Shown: positions 1 through 10,447 of the stretch, piece after piece | Layout of the letters: every line of letters begins with the position of its first letter | How positions within the stretch are numbered: the first letter of the stretch is position 1 | Source: Planctomycetota bacterium | GTDB taxonomy: Bacteria; Planctomycetota; B15-G4; JADJEK01 | NCBI GenBank assembly: GCA_044225365.1 | Contig: JBGAIQ010000052.1 | Coordinates: forward strand, 1 to 37,106 | DNA length: 37,106 bases | Reading direction: 5' to 3' | Translations under genes and position numbers: made by a program | The notes under the pieces: generated by a model | Database searches by the model: none | Told to the model about the DNA's origin: nothing | What the model saw: the letters and a program-made list of their open reading frames with translations, nothing else

Positions 1-1
1 C

Positions 2-1267
2 GGCGCCGTTCGATTCAACGACTGCACGCTCGGCGACATCGACGGTGACGGCGACCTCGACCTCTACGTCGTCGACTCGGATACCGACGAGAACGGTCAT
101 GTCGAACCGTCGAGCCTCGACCTCAACGACCGACTGCTCGTCAACGACGGCCACGGATTCTTCAGCGATGCGACGGCGACCCATTTCGCGACGGCCGCAA
201 TGTGGTCGTCGCACTACGGCGCCGAATGCGACTTCCGTGACCTGAACGGAGACGGCAAGCTCGACATCGTCAAGATCTCGACGCTCACCGAGTCGCCGAA
301 TCGAGTGGAGGTTTCCTACAACGACCTGTCGCCGAGCACCTCTCCGAACTTCCCAGGCGGCTTCGACGTCATCGCGACGATCGATTCGCAGACCAGTCAG
401 GCCTACACGATGGCCAATGCCGACCTGAACAACGACGCAAGGACCGATGTCTTGATCGGAGACGATTCCATCGATCACTATCGCTTCAACAACGGCAACG
501 ACGCGTTCGGGGCCGTGACCTGGTCGCCGCCGGTCAATTTCCAGTGGCTCACCGGCTCGGGAGACGACGGATTCTCCGGTCAGATGTACGCCGTCGACTA
601 CGACCTCGACGGGTGGAACGACGCGATCATCACCGATGTCGACAGCGATCTCCAAGGATGCAGCCGTCGCACCAAGATCTATCACAACCAAGGCGGCACG
701 CCGGGCGCCACGAACATCGTGTTGCGCGAAGAAGCCCAGATGTCCGGCGCTAGCGGCTGGAAGGGCGCCGTCGGCTGGCAGATCGCGACCGCGAAGGGCG
801 GCTTCGACGTCGCCAACATCGACCTCGATCACGACGGCGATCTCGACATCGTCTTCGGGCGGTGCGTCGGCACCGACGTCTGGATGAATCAGACCAATCC
901 CGTCGTCTGCCAGGCGAGCGTCGTGCCTTCCTCGCTCGGGACGGCCTTGCTCACCGTGTGCGGGCAACCGCTCTGGTCGGATCTTTCCGCCTCGCTGAAG
1001 ATCGCGAACGGTCCGCAAAATGGCGCGGCGCTCCTCGTCGCGGGTCATTCGCCGACGACCGTCCCCGCATTTGGCGGCCTCGTGATGTACCCGATCACCG
1101 TCGGCGCACTGCTGCAGCTCGACGCCACGGGAACGCTGACCCTCTCGGTGGCGGGTGGCCTTGGCACCGCGGCCGGTTCCGAGATCTTCCTCCAGGCTCT
1201 CCTCGGCCCACCCGGCGGGCGCCCCACGGACATCACGAACATCGTGCGCGTCGAGATGCACGACTGA
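2..1267 (+). CDS. FG-GAP/VCBS-repeat secreted protein, 5'-partial, with C-terminal beta-rich domain
   Basis: The frame of the 200..1267 ORF stays open back to base 2 (GAVRFNDCTLGDIDGDGDLDLYVVD...). Repeated DxDxDGxxD motifs: GDIDGDGDLD, DLNGDGKLD, DLNNDARTD, DYDLDGWND, DLDHDGDLD. Confidence 0.85.
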   Translation, partial: GAVRFNDCTLGDIDGDGDLDLYVVDSDTDENGHVEPSSLDLNDRLLVNDGHGFFSDATATHFATAAMWSSHYGAECDFRDLNGDGKLDIVKISTLTESPNRVEVSYNDLSPSTSPNFPGGFDVIATIDSQTSQAYTMANADLNNDARTDVLIGDDSIDHYRFNNGNDAFGAVTWSPPVNFQWLTGSGDDGFSGQMYAVDYDLDGWNDAIITDVDSDLQGCSRRTKIYHNQGGTPGATNIVLREEAQMSGASGWKGAVGWQIATAKGGFDVANIDLDHDGDLDIVFGRCVGTDVWMNQTNPVVCQASVVPSSLGTALLTVCGQPLWSDLSASLKIANGPQNGAALLVAGHSPTTVPAFGGLVMYPITVGALLQLDATGTLTLSVAGGLGTAAGSEIFLQALLGPPGGRPTDITNIVRVEMHD

Positions 1268-1359
1268 CTCGCGCCGCGCTCACCCGTCGACTCCTACGTA
1301 GACCGAGAAGCGCAGCGAAGCGGTTCGGGTGGGCTCGAGCATGTCACGAAGCGGTCCTA

Positions 1360-1406
1360 GACGTACGAGGTCCGACGTACGAGTCCGAGGTACGACGTAC
1401 GAGTCC
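1360..1406. repeat. Short direct repeat GACGTACGAG(G)TCC x3 between convergent genes
   Basis: GACGTACGAG at 1360, 1374 and 1394, each followed by (G)TCC. It contains the palindrome CGTACG. Confidence 0.7.
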
Positions 1407-1420
1407 GCTCTCCGCTCTCC

Positions 1421-2254
1421 CTACGACCCCTTCTCCACCCCAAGAAACACCGTCCCCTCGAACTCCGCCGGCACGCGGAGATCCTTGAACTTGAGCACCT
1501 GCGGATTCCCGACGCCGTTCAACCGCGCGGGCAGTTTCACGCCGGAGAGCGTCGTCCATTCGGCGTAGTCGAAGCGCAGGGGTTTCTGCTTGGCGTCCAT
1601 CGTGCGCCATTTCACGAGGAGCGATCGGGGCATTCCCGATTCGCGATCGACGAGGAGCCAGTAGCGGTCGCCGGGCGGTGCCTTCGGGTCTTCTTGCGTC
1701 GTGATGGCGAGCCGGTCGCACATCTTCTTCTCGATCTCGATCTCGCCGTCGAGTTTCACGCTGAACGACTTCTCGGTGAGACGCTGCGGCAGCGTGAGGT
1801 AGTTCCAATCGGAGCGGAACGTGTCGACCACGCGTTTGTGGATCGCTGCGGCGTCCTTGCCTTCGACGGCCGTCCCGCCCTGCTGCACACGGAAGGCGTC
1901 GCTCGTCGTCGAAATGGCGCATGCGACGTCGCCCGTCTTCACGGGCAGATCGACGCGCGCGAGGGAGTGCTCGAGATCGACGCGCTCCTTGCGCTCGGCG
2001 CTCACCTTGTCGCCGGCTCCGATCACGAGGTGGAATTCGATTCGCGCGACCTTCGCGAGCGCAGCGCTGTCGCCGATCGCTTTTTGGAGCCGCTCCAGGA
2101 TCGGCGCCGTGGCGTCCGGCGCCGGAGCGTCCGCGGCTGGGGTCGGTTTCTTGGCGTCGACGGACTGCACGCTCGTTCCCGCGACGGCGCCGCTGAGCAG
2201 GATCAGCGAGGCCATGGCGATGGGAACGAGCGGGCGAAGCGTGGTGTGGTTCAC
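1421..2254 (-). CDS. Exported hypothetical protein, possibly LolA/outer-membrane lipoprotein-sorting-like fold
   Basis: This is the C-terminal part of ORF 1421..2857. Probable GTG start at 2254 (alternative ATG 2287), then a hydrophobic signal (LVPIAMASLILLSGAVAG). Beta-rich segments YWLLVDRESGMP and FDYAEWTTLSGVKLP resemble LolA-like proteins. Confidence 0.6.
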   Translation of the reverse strand: MNHTTLRPLVPIAMASLILLSGAVAGTSVQSVDAKKPTPAADAPAPDATAPILERLQKAIGDSAALAKVARIEFHLVIGAGDKVSAERKERVDLEHSLARVDLPVKTGDVACAISTTSDAFRVQQGGTAVEGKDAAAIHKRVVDTFRSDWNYLTLPQRLTEKSFSVKLDGEIEIEKKMCDRLAITTQEDPKAPPGDRYWLLVDRESGMPRSLLVKWRTMDAKQKPLRFDYAEWTTLSGVKLPARLNGVGNPQVLKFKDLRVPAEFEGTVFLGVEKGS

Positions 2255-2470
2255 GGCGGCATCCCGTGCGTTTCGCAACAGGATCATTCCAACCGGCCCT
2301 CCTCGCCCCGACAAGGGGGCGGCGATCGGTGGCAGGAAAAAGTCGGGGGGCCTCGGGCATTGCGCGGGAGTTACGCTATCCTGCTGCGACCCCTGGACGG
2401 CGCGGCGCAGGATGCGCGCGAGACGTAGCCAGGAATCCTGAACCGCATACTGAGCATAGGAATCGAACCG

Positions 2471-2701
2471 ATGGCGAATCCGGCTGAACGTTGGGAGGAC
2501 AACGTCAACGGCACGTGGTACGTGGACAAGTCGTGCATTCTTTGCTCGCTCTGCGTCGACCTCGCGCCCAACAACTTCAAGGAAAGCGAAGCGGGAGACC
2601 ATGACATGGTCTTCAAGCAGCCCACCTCCGACGAAGAGAAGGCTCAGTGCAAGGAAGCGATGGAGCAGTGCCCGGTCGAAGCGATCGGCAGCAACGGCTG
2701 A
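2471..2701 (+). CDS. Single-cluster ferredoxin ([4Fe-4S]/[3Fe-4S] type)
   Basis: 76-aa acidic protein with CILCSLC (CxxCxxC) and a distal CP (QCPVEAI). AGGA lies upstream of the ATG. Confidence 0.9.
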   Translation: MANPAERWEDNVNGTWYVDKSCILCSLCVDLAPNNFKESEAGDHDMVFKQPTSDEEKAQCKEAMEQCPVEAIGSNG

Positions 2702-2819
2702 TCGACTCCTGACCTCGAAGGCCTCGAAACGGACGGGCGCGCGCGGCAAGCGAGCGCCCGTTCTCGTTGCATGCGCTCCGCACGCTCGATCGATCACCCG
2801 GCCGGAGGCTCGATCTCGA

Positions 2820-3490
2820 TCAGGGAGCGAGACCGGCGAGAACGGCGGCCGTCGCACTGAGCCCGAGGCGGTCGGCCCCGGCTTCGATCATCGAAAGCGC
2901 GGTGGCGGTATCGCGGATCCCGCCCGACGCCTTCACCTTCGCCGCGGTTCCGACGGTGCTGCGCATCAGCCTCACGTCGGCAAGCGTCGCGCCGCCGCTC
3001 GAAAAGCCGGTCGAGGTCTTCACGAACGCCGCCCCCGAATCGACGGTGAGCTTGCAGGCGCGGACCTTCTCGTCGTCGGTGAGCAGGCAGGTCTCGAGGA
3101 TGACCTTCACGGGCACGTTGCCCGCCGCGCGCACGACGGAGCGGATGTCGCTCGCGACGTCGGTGTCGCGGCCGGCCTTCAGCATTCCGATCGCGATCAC
3201 CATGTCGAGCTCCTGCGCTCCGTCGTCGACGAGCAGGCGAGCTTCGTTGGCCTTGCCGCTCGTGCTCATTGCGCCGAGCGGGAAACCGAGGACCGCGCAG
3301 GTCTTCACGTCGCTGCCGAGCAGCGCACGCTTCACCAGCGGGACGAACGCACCGTTGATGCACACCGACGCGCAATGGAACTCGATCGCCTCGCCGCACA
3401 GCGCCTCGACCTGCATCGGTGTCGCGTCGGCCTTCAGGATCGTGTGATCGATGCGACGGGCGAGATCGATGCGACGCAGCTCGGCCATGT

Positions 3491-3494
<4 letters not shown>
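2820..3494 (-). CDS. deoC: Deoxyribose-phosphate aldolase
   Basis: Motifs IDHTILK, GFPLG, ELDMVI, VKVILET, FVKTSTGF and VKASGGIR. The GTG start overlaps the upstream stop (GTGA). Confidence 0.95.
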
Positions 3495-4408
<914 letters not shown>

Positions 4409-4508
4409 GGAATCCTCGGGAATCCTCGCGATAGGGAAGCGCGCTACCGTAGCGGTCGACACCGTCACGAGGAAGGGCGCGAAGTGGCCGATCGGCGCGA
4501 AGATCTCG

Positions 4509-5831
4509 TCAATTCGCACGAACCGACGGCGTGATCCGCTCGAGCGCCCGGCGGCCGACGCTCGGCCTCGAGTCGGAGATCTCGAAGGCTCCGAGGATCT
4601 TGTCGCGATGCATTGCGAACCGAGCCTCGTCGTCGTAGCGAATGATCGCGAGTTCGTCGCCCGCGTTCACCGCGTCGCCGCGGCGCTTCGTGAGCACGAT
4701 GCCGACGCCGGGGGCCACGACGTCCTCGACACGCTCACGGCCCGCGCCGAGTGCGCTCGCCGCGACGCCGATCGCCCGCGCGTCGACCCGCCCGACGAAT
4801 CCCGCGCGCGGAGCGACGATCGAGAACTGGTGTTTGCTGCGGGGCATTCGCGACGGATCTTCGATCGTGCGCGGATCCCCGCCCTGCGCGACCACCGCGG
4901 CGCGCCATTTCGTAAGAGCCGTCCCGTCCGCGAGACTTCGCTCGATGCGCGCCTCGCCGTCCGCGACGTCCTTCGCGATCCCCGCCATCACGAGCATCTC
5001 GCCGCCGAGGAGGACGACGAGTTCGACGACATCGCGGGGTCCGCCACCCTTCAGGACATCGACCGTTTCCTCGATCTCGAGCGCATTGCCCACCTTCGCG
5101 CCGAGAGGCTCGTCCATGTCCGTGAGCCAGGCGATCGTCGGCAAACCAAGCAAGACCGCGGTATCGACGAGGCTCGTCGCGAGCGCCTTCGCCGAGGCGT
5201 AGTCGCGCATGAATGCACCGCTGCCGGTCTTGACGTCGAGGACGAGCGCCGAGATCCCCGAAGCGATCTTCTTGCTGAGGATGCTCGAGGTGATGAGGGG
5301 GATCGACGGGACGGTGCCGCTCGCGTCGCGCAGGCGATAGAGCACGCGATCGGCCGGAGCGAGATCGCTCGTCGCGGCGCCGAACGCGAGGCCGATGCGT
5401 GCGACCTGCGAGCGGATCTCGTCCTCAGAGAGACCGACGCGGAAGCCGGGGATCGATTCCAGCTTGTCGAGCGTCCCTCCGGTGTGACCGAGCGAGCGAC
5501 CCGAGATCATCGGAACGTGGCCGCCGCACGCCGCGACGGCGGGCGCGAGCGGCAACGAGATCTTGTCCCCCACGCCGCCCGTCGAATGCTTGTCGACCTT
5601 GATCCCGGGGATCGCACCGAGATCCGCGATTCGACCCGAACGCGTCATCGCGGCAGTGAGATGCGAGGTCTCCTCCGCGCTCATCCCGCGACAGCAGATC
5701 GCCATGAGCATCGCGGTGATCTGGTAGTCGGGAATGCGGCTCTTCACGACCGCGTCGACGAACGACGCAATTTGTTCGCTCGAGAGCGCGCCGCCGTCAC
5801 GTTTCGATTCGATCGCGGGCAGGATGGACAT
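4509..5831 (-). CDS. pdp: Pyrimidine-nucleoside/thymidine phosphorylase
   Basis: Motifs KRDG, PDYQ, DKHSTGGVGDK, MISGRSLGHTGGTLDKLESIPGF, LITSSILSKK, DVKTGSGAFM and GNALE. Confidence 0.95.
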   Translation of the reverse strand: MSILPAIESKRDGGALSSEQIASFVDAVVKSRIPDYQITAMLMAICCRGMSAEETSHLTAAMTRSGRIADLGAIPGIKVDKHSTGGVGDKISLPLAPAVAACGGHVPMISGRSLGHTGGTLDKLESIPGFRVGLSEDEIRSQVARIGLAFGAATSDLAPADRVLYRLRDASGTVPSIPLITSSILSKKIASGISALVLDVKTGSGAFMRDYASAKALATSLVDTAVLLGLPTIAWLTDMDEPLGAKVGNALEIEETVDVLKGGGPRDVVELVVLLGGEMLVMAGIAKDVADGEARIERSLADGTALTKWRAAVVAQGGDPRTIEDPSRMPRSKHQFSIVAPRAGFVGRVDARAIGVAASALGAGRERVEDVVAPGVGIVLTKRRGDAVNAGDELAIIRYDDEARFAMHRDKILGAFEISDSRPSVGRRALERITPSVRAN

Positions 5832-5856
5832 CGGGACCCCAGCCTACCGACTGACG

Positions 5857-6987
5857 TCACGGATTGAACTTCTCGAACGCGGTGCCGTCGAACCGGTAGG
5901 CGCCGCTTTGGTGCGTACCGAGCCACATCACGCCTCGAAGGTCCTTGTGAATGGTGAACAGCGTGATGTCCTCGCCGCGGTCCTGGACGGAGAAGTGCGT
6001 GATCTGCTTCCCGTCGACCCGCCAGACGCCTTGTCCGTACGTCGCCATCCAGAGTGCGCCGGAATCGTCCATGACGCTCGAGATAACGCCTTCGAAGAGG
6101 GGCTTCTCGGGATGGTCCTTGTCCCGGACTCCTTCGAGTGCGACGAACATCGGCCCGGTGGGATCGGTCAGATCGACCTCGTAACGGTGCACCGGGTCAC
6201 AGAACCAGAATCGCCCGTCCTTGTCCTCGACGATCGAACGCGTGCCGAAGGAACCGTTCCGCAGTTCGCTCTCGTCGAGCCACGCGAAGTTCTTTCCGTC
6301 GTAGCGGCACGCGCCGAGGGTCGCGGTGCCGAACCAGAGACTCCCCGTGCTGTCCTTGAAGACGATGTAGACGTCGTAGGGACTGAACTTCGCGTTCGGA
6401 TACTTCGAGCGCGGGTACTTCGCGACGGCGGCGTCGCCGGCCTTCGTCGTCGGAAATACCAGGCGATGCAGTTTCTTTCCGTCGAACCTCAGTACGGCTC
6501 CCGAGTCCTGACCGCCGCCGAACCAAAGATCGCCCGATCGAAGCACCCACGCTTCTCCGGAGCCGTCGCTCTCATCGACCGTCCAGGTGTGGAACGAATT
6601 GCCGTCGAACTGGCTGACGCTCTGGGTGGATCCGGGTTTTGCATCCTTCAGGACTCCGCCCGGGAAGTAGACGTTGCCCGCGGCGTCTTCCTGGATCGTC
6701 CCGACTCCGTCGTAGAGCAACCCGTCGTCGATCGTGAACTTCACGAGCTTCGCGCCGTCGAAGCGGTAAACGGCGCGTGTCTTGCTTCCGAACCAATAGT
6801 CGCCGTTCTTCGCTTCAAAGACTTGGAGGATCTCGTCATCGAGATCCCGAACGATCTCGCCTTTCGCGGCGACCGAACCCGCGCGCGGAGTCGGCTCCGC
6901 CGCGCAAGCAAAGAGTGCGACGACGAACGGAGCGACGAGAACGCCGTTTCGAACGCGCCCCGTTCGAAGCGAGGACGAAGAAGACAT
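5857..6987 (-). CDS. Lipoprotein with two-component-regulator-propeller (Reg_prop-like) beta-propeller repeats
   Basis: ATG at 6987 with GGAG upstream and a lipobox-like ALFAC. Repeats: EAKNGDYWFG, EDAAGNVYF, KDSTGSLWFGT, EDKDGRFWF, DDSGALWMAT, KDLRGVMWLGT and RFDG(K). Confidence 0.8.
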   Translation of the reverse strand: MSSSSSLRTGRVRNGVLVAPFVVALFACAAEPTPRAGSVAAKGEIVRDLDDEILQVFEAKNGDYWFGSKTRAVYRFDGAKLVKFTIDDGLLYDGVGTIQEDAAGNVYFPGGVLKDAKPGSTQSVSQFDGNSFHTWTVDESDGSGEAWVLRSGDLWFGGGQDSGAVLRFDGKKLHRLVFPTTKAGDAAVAKYPRSKYPNAKFSPYDVYIVFKDSTGSLWFGTATLGACRYDGKNFAWLDESELRNGSFGTRSIVEDKDGRFWFCDPVHRYEVDLTDPTGPMFVALEGVRDKDHPEKPLFEGVISSVMDDSGALWMATYGQGVWRVDGKQITHFSVQDRGEDITLFTIHKDLRGVMWLGTHQSGAYRFDGTAFEKFNP

Positions 6988-7193
6988 CGAAGGCTCCAGT
7001 TTGAACCGGGTTCGAGAATCGAGGGCTCGGATCGTACGCGATCGATCCGATTGCGACGGATTCGCCGTCGTCCGCGACGAGCGTGAATTCGGATCGCGCG
7101 GCGCCTTCGACACCGCGGTTCGTCCTGCCAATCCATCAAACCGAGATTCGTCCACCGTCGCAGGTTCTGCGACCCCGTGCTTCTGTGCCCTCC

Positions 7194-7901
7194 TCACGGT
7201 CCTGCGAGATCGGGGCTGACGAATCCGCCGTGGCAGATCTTGTTGCGCACCAAGTAGAGCGGGACCAACGCCAGATCGACGAAGACAGCGACCGGCATGA
7301 TGAACGGCGCGATCCCCGCCCGCAGCGTCGATTGCTCGCCTGTCCCAACGACCACGCTGCCGATGCATCGCCACGAGCGAACGGCGTCGGAGGACGCGAA
7401 GCACTCGACCACGAAACGTCGATCCGCATCACGAACGATGCGAGCGGCCATCGATTCATCACCACGCACGCGATGCGGCGGCGCTCCCAGCTCGAAGAAA
7501 ACGGGCTCGGATGCGACGTCACCGTCGGCGTTGGCGCGCACTTCATCGCGCCCCGCGGAGGCCTTCTCGATCCGTCGCGTCGCGGCGTCGTCCGAGCGGT
7601 ATCCCGTGCGTATGGAATCGTCCCAGGTCAGAACCTGCCAGAGCGGGTCCGCCTCCGAGCGAGGTCCCTTCCATTCGATGACCGGCGCCGCCGGCTCGGT
7701 TGGGTGGATCGGGATGGTGAAGGAGTATCGCCCATCCTCGACGTCCCGCAGATTCTTGACGTCGAGCAGGACCGTCGCGTCGCCCTCGTGGAGGTCCGTG
7801 AGACCGACGACATCGACCTCGTCACGCGACCAGCGATCGACGAGGTCCGAGCAGCACGCGGCGGGGAACGATGCGAACAAGATGCAAATCAGCGGGCGCA
7901 T
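7194..7901 (-). CDS. Hypothetical exported protein/lipoprotein with hydrophobic C-terminal segment
   Basis: Probable start at 7901 (MRPLICILFASFPAACC), with GAGGG upstream. C-terminal hydrophobic stretch IAPFIMPVAVFVDLALVPLYLV. Confidence 0.5.
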   Translation of the reverse strand: MRPLICILFASFPAACCSDLVDRWSRDEVDVVGLTDLHEGDATVLLDVKNLRDVEDGRYSFTIPIHPTEPAAPVIEWKGPRSEADPLWQVLTWDDSIRTGYRSDDAATRRIEKASAGRDEVRANADGDVASEPVFFELGAPPHRVRGDESMAARIVRDADRRFVVECFASSDAVRSWRCIGSVVVGTGEQSTLRAGIAPFIMPVAVFVDLALVPLYLVRNKICHGGFVSPDLAGP

Positions 7902-7963
7902 TCGATCCCTCGCAGCGGTCGGATCCCTGCCCACGATCGCTCCTCCGATTCCGCGCTCCATGA

Positions 7964-8076
7964 TGCACGGGGTGCACGGGGTGCACGGGGTGCACGGGCG
8001 CACGGCTCGCTGCATTCGATCACGCCTCGATCGGATCCTACTCCAGGACCTCTCGTCGAAGGAGTCCAAGGAGTCC
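7964..8076. repeat. Intergenic 9-bp tandem repeats: (TGCACGGGG) x~4 and (AAGGAGTCC) x2
   Basis: TGCACGGGG at 7964, 7973 and 7982, TGCACGGGC at 7991, plus a partial copy. AAGGAGTCC at 8059 and 8068. They lie in a divergent intergenic region. Confidence 0.8.
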
Positions 8077-8259
8077 ATGGTCCTGCTAACCGCGGCCGCG
8101 GAACGGCCTTCGGCGCGTGTTTCATCCGTGCGCGAGTCCGATCCGAGATGACAGCCGAACCCCCTACGCTTCATGGCTTTGTCGTGACAGAACATTCATG
8201 CGTGGCGGCCGCGTCGCGACCTACGATTCGCGCCTGGTCGATCGGTCCAGGAGGCACTC

Positions 8260-9141
8260 ATGAATTGGCGGTCCAACCCGGGCGTCGTCGCCCCATTCCT
8301 CGTCGCGATGCTCGCCGCGATTTCACTCCCCGTCGCGCACGCGGCAGTCGGTTCGAAGATCGATCCGCAGAAGCCTGCGGCGCCCATTCAAGAGCGAAAG
8401 CTCCACAATCCGTTGATCGAGAACGCGAAGAACGCCGACGACACCTCGCGCGACGTCGTCGCGGGCGTCATCGACTACGACGTTCCGAAGCTCGAGGCTG
8501 CGATCGCGAAGCTCGAGAAGCGCGCGGGCACGACGGACAGCAAGCCGGACGACGACTACTTCCTCGCGCAGGGTCGGGTCGGACTGCTGCAGATCAAGCG
8601 CTTCTACGAGACGGACGAGAAGGACAAGATGCCGCCGTCGCTCGAGAAGATCGATCTCGATTCCTTCGCCGACGCGACGCTCGAGATCGCGCAGCGCTAC
8701 GCGCAGGCTCATCCCGATCACTCCGACATCCAACGCGTGATCGGTGAGATCTACTCCGCGAAGATCCGCGGGATGACGGGCGGGATGACGCAGGGACCGA
8801 AGGCGAAGGCGGCGATCGAAGCCGCGCTCGCGAAGGATCCGCAGAACGGGCTCGCCCTGCTCTGTCAGGGTCGCATGCACTACCACAACCCATCGTTCGC
8901 CGGCGGCGACAAGAACCTTGCGCTCGTCGAATTCCGCAAGGTGGCGCAGGACATCGACGACATCCGCGCTCACCTCTACATGGCGCGCATCTATCGCGAT
9001 CGTGAGATGTACTCCCAGGCGCGCTTCTTCGCGAAGAAGGCGCTGCGAGTCGCCCCGGAGAACCCGGAGGGCAAGCTCCTCCTCTCGAACGCCGAGGCCG
9101 CGGAAGCGAAGCAGAAGTCGGAGAAGGGCGGTTCGCGATGA
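8260..9141 (+). CDS. Exported tetratricopeptide-repeat (TPR) protein
   Basis: GGAGG RBS and a signal peptide ending PVAHA. Helical TPR-like units: AALAKDPQNGLALLCQGRMHY, AHLYMARIY, KALRVAPENPE. Confidence 0.8.
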   Translation: MNWRSNPGVVAPFLVAMLAAISLPVAHAAVGSKIDPQKPAAPIQERKLHNPLIENAKNADDTSRDVVAGVIDYDVPKLEAAIAKLEKRAGTTDSKPDDDYFLAQGRVGLLQIKRFYETDEKDKMPPSLEKIDLDSFADATLEIAQRYAQAHPDHSDIQRVIGEIYSAKIRGMTGGMTQGPKAKAAIEAALAKDPQNGLALLCQGRMHYHNPSFAGGDKNLALVEFRKVAQDIDDIRAHLYMARIYRDREMYSQARFFAKKALRVAPENPEGKLLLSNAEAAEAKQKSEKGGSR

Positions 9142-9587
9142 TCGCGCGCATTCCAACGTCCCTTCGGCGCAGCGCACGGATCTCGGTCACGCTTGCGACA
9201 CTCGCGCTGTCCGGACTCGGCGCCTTCGGCTGCGCGTCGCACGACAGGCTCCTCGAGGACGACGTCAAGGTCACGGAGGAGGAAGTTCTCGCGGCCGGCA
9301 GCGCGAAGTCGCCGGACGTCACGAACCACCTCCATCACATCCTCGATCACCGCGGCGACTACGACACGAGCATCGTCGTGGCGGCGCTCGTCGCGATCGG
9401 TGAACGCCGCGACACCTCGTCGATCCAGCCGATCTCCCGGCTCGGCTCGGACGAGAACGAGGAGATCCGATGGCACTGCGTGCTGGCGCTGAAGGCGATC
9501 GGTGGCCCCGAAGCGACGGCGGCGCTCGAACGATTCGCGGATGACAAGAGTGTCCTCGTTCGCGACGAAGTCGCCGCCCGAAATTGA
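9138..9587 (+). CDS. HEAT-repeat lipoprotein
   Basis: ATGA overlap and lipobox-like AFGC. HEAT/PBS-like motifs ALVAIGE, DENEEIRWHCVLALKAIGG and DKSVLVRDE. Confidence 0.75.
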   Translation: MIARIPTSLRRSARISVTLATLALSGLGAFGCASHDRLLEDDVKVTEEEVLAAGSAKSPDVTNHLHHILDHRGDYDTSIVVAALVAIGERRDTSSIQPISRLGSDENEEIRWHCVLALKAIGGPEATAALERFADDKSVLVRDEVAARN

Positions 9588-9617
9588 AAGTGTGAGCGAG
9601 TTCGGAGGATTCGAACC

Positions 9618-10064
9618 ATGTTCATGGTCACTGGCAGCGAGAACTCTCGAGATCTGACGCACGAACAACTGTGGCGCGGGCTGGTCCGCAAGGCCGAGGA
9701 TCCGACGCCCTTCGTTCGCGCGATCACCGAGTGCCGCGTCGTCGAGCGCGGCGAGAATCACCTCGTACGCGAGATCGTGCTGCGCGGCGAGAAGGTCCGC
9801 GAGCTCGTCACGTTCGAAGAACCGAATGTCGTGCGGTTCGTCCGCCTGTCGGGTCGCGTCTTCGGAACGATCGAGAATCGGATCGAGGACCAGCCCGATG
9901 GCGAAGTCGCCCTGCGCTTCACGTTCCGGCTCGAAGCCAACGATCTGCCCGCGGGCAGCGCCGCCGAGACGGAATACGCGGCGATGATGCGCGACTCCTA
10001 CCTCGCGGCGATCCACTCCACCATCGAACGTACGCGACTCTGGTACAGCGGGAAGGCGTCATGA
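9618..10064 (+). CDS. AtaL/DUF1857-like SRPBCC (START-fold) protein
   Basis: GGAGG RBS. The N-terminal LTHEQLWRGLVRKAEDPTPFVRAITECRVVER is characteristic of the DUF1857/AtaL family. Confidence 0.8.
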   Translation: MFMVTGSENSRDLTHEQLWRGLVRKAEDPTPFVRAITECRVVERGENHLVREIVLRGEKVRELVTFEEPNVVRFVRLSGRVFGTIENRIEDQPDGEVALRFTFRLEANDLPAGSAAETEYAAMMRDSYLAAIHSTIERTRLWYSGKAS

Positions 10065-10447
10065 CCGCATCGCGCGTCTCGATCTGCCTCCTCGCTCTCC
10101 TGCCGCTTGCTCTCTTCGGCGCCGGGTGCAGCGACGCGTGGGACGCGACGCAACTCAACACACTGCGCGCGGCCTCGGATCATCGCGCCGACGTGAGCCC
10201 TGACGCGATCGTCGAAGCCCTCGTCTACACCGCGAAGAATCCGGCTCCGATCGCGCTTCCGATCGTCATCGAACTCTCCAAGGACGAGGTCGAAGACGTC
10301 CGGTTCGCGACCGTGGGCGCACTCGCGGCCTACCCCGACACGAACGCGCGCGATGCTCTCGCCGCGCTCGCCGCGAGCGACAAGAGCGAACAAGTGCGCG
10401 AAGAGGCGAAGGCCGCGATGGAGCGGGCCCGAGGAGTCAAGAAGTGA
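10061..10447 (+). CDS. HEAT-repeat lipoprotein
   Basis: True start is the ATG at 10061 (ATGA overlap). Signal peptide with a lipobox-like GAGC. Motifs DEVEDVRFATVGALA and DKSEQVREEAKAAM. Confidence 0.75.
   Translation: MTASRVSICLLALLPLALFGAGCSDAWDATQLNTLRAASDHRADVSPDAIVEALVYTAKNPAPIALPIVIELSKDEVEDVRFATVGALAAYPDTNARDALAALAASDKSEQVREEAKAAMERARGVKK

Noticed and set aside
7964-8005. PCTPCTPCTPC Cys-repeat peptide in ORF 7194..8195 (or HGVHGVHG on the other strand) as a metal-binding motif or RiPP precursor
   Set aside because: It is the translation of a 9-bp intergenic tandem repeat upstream of the likely start at 7901.
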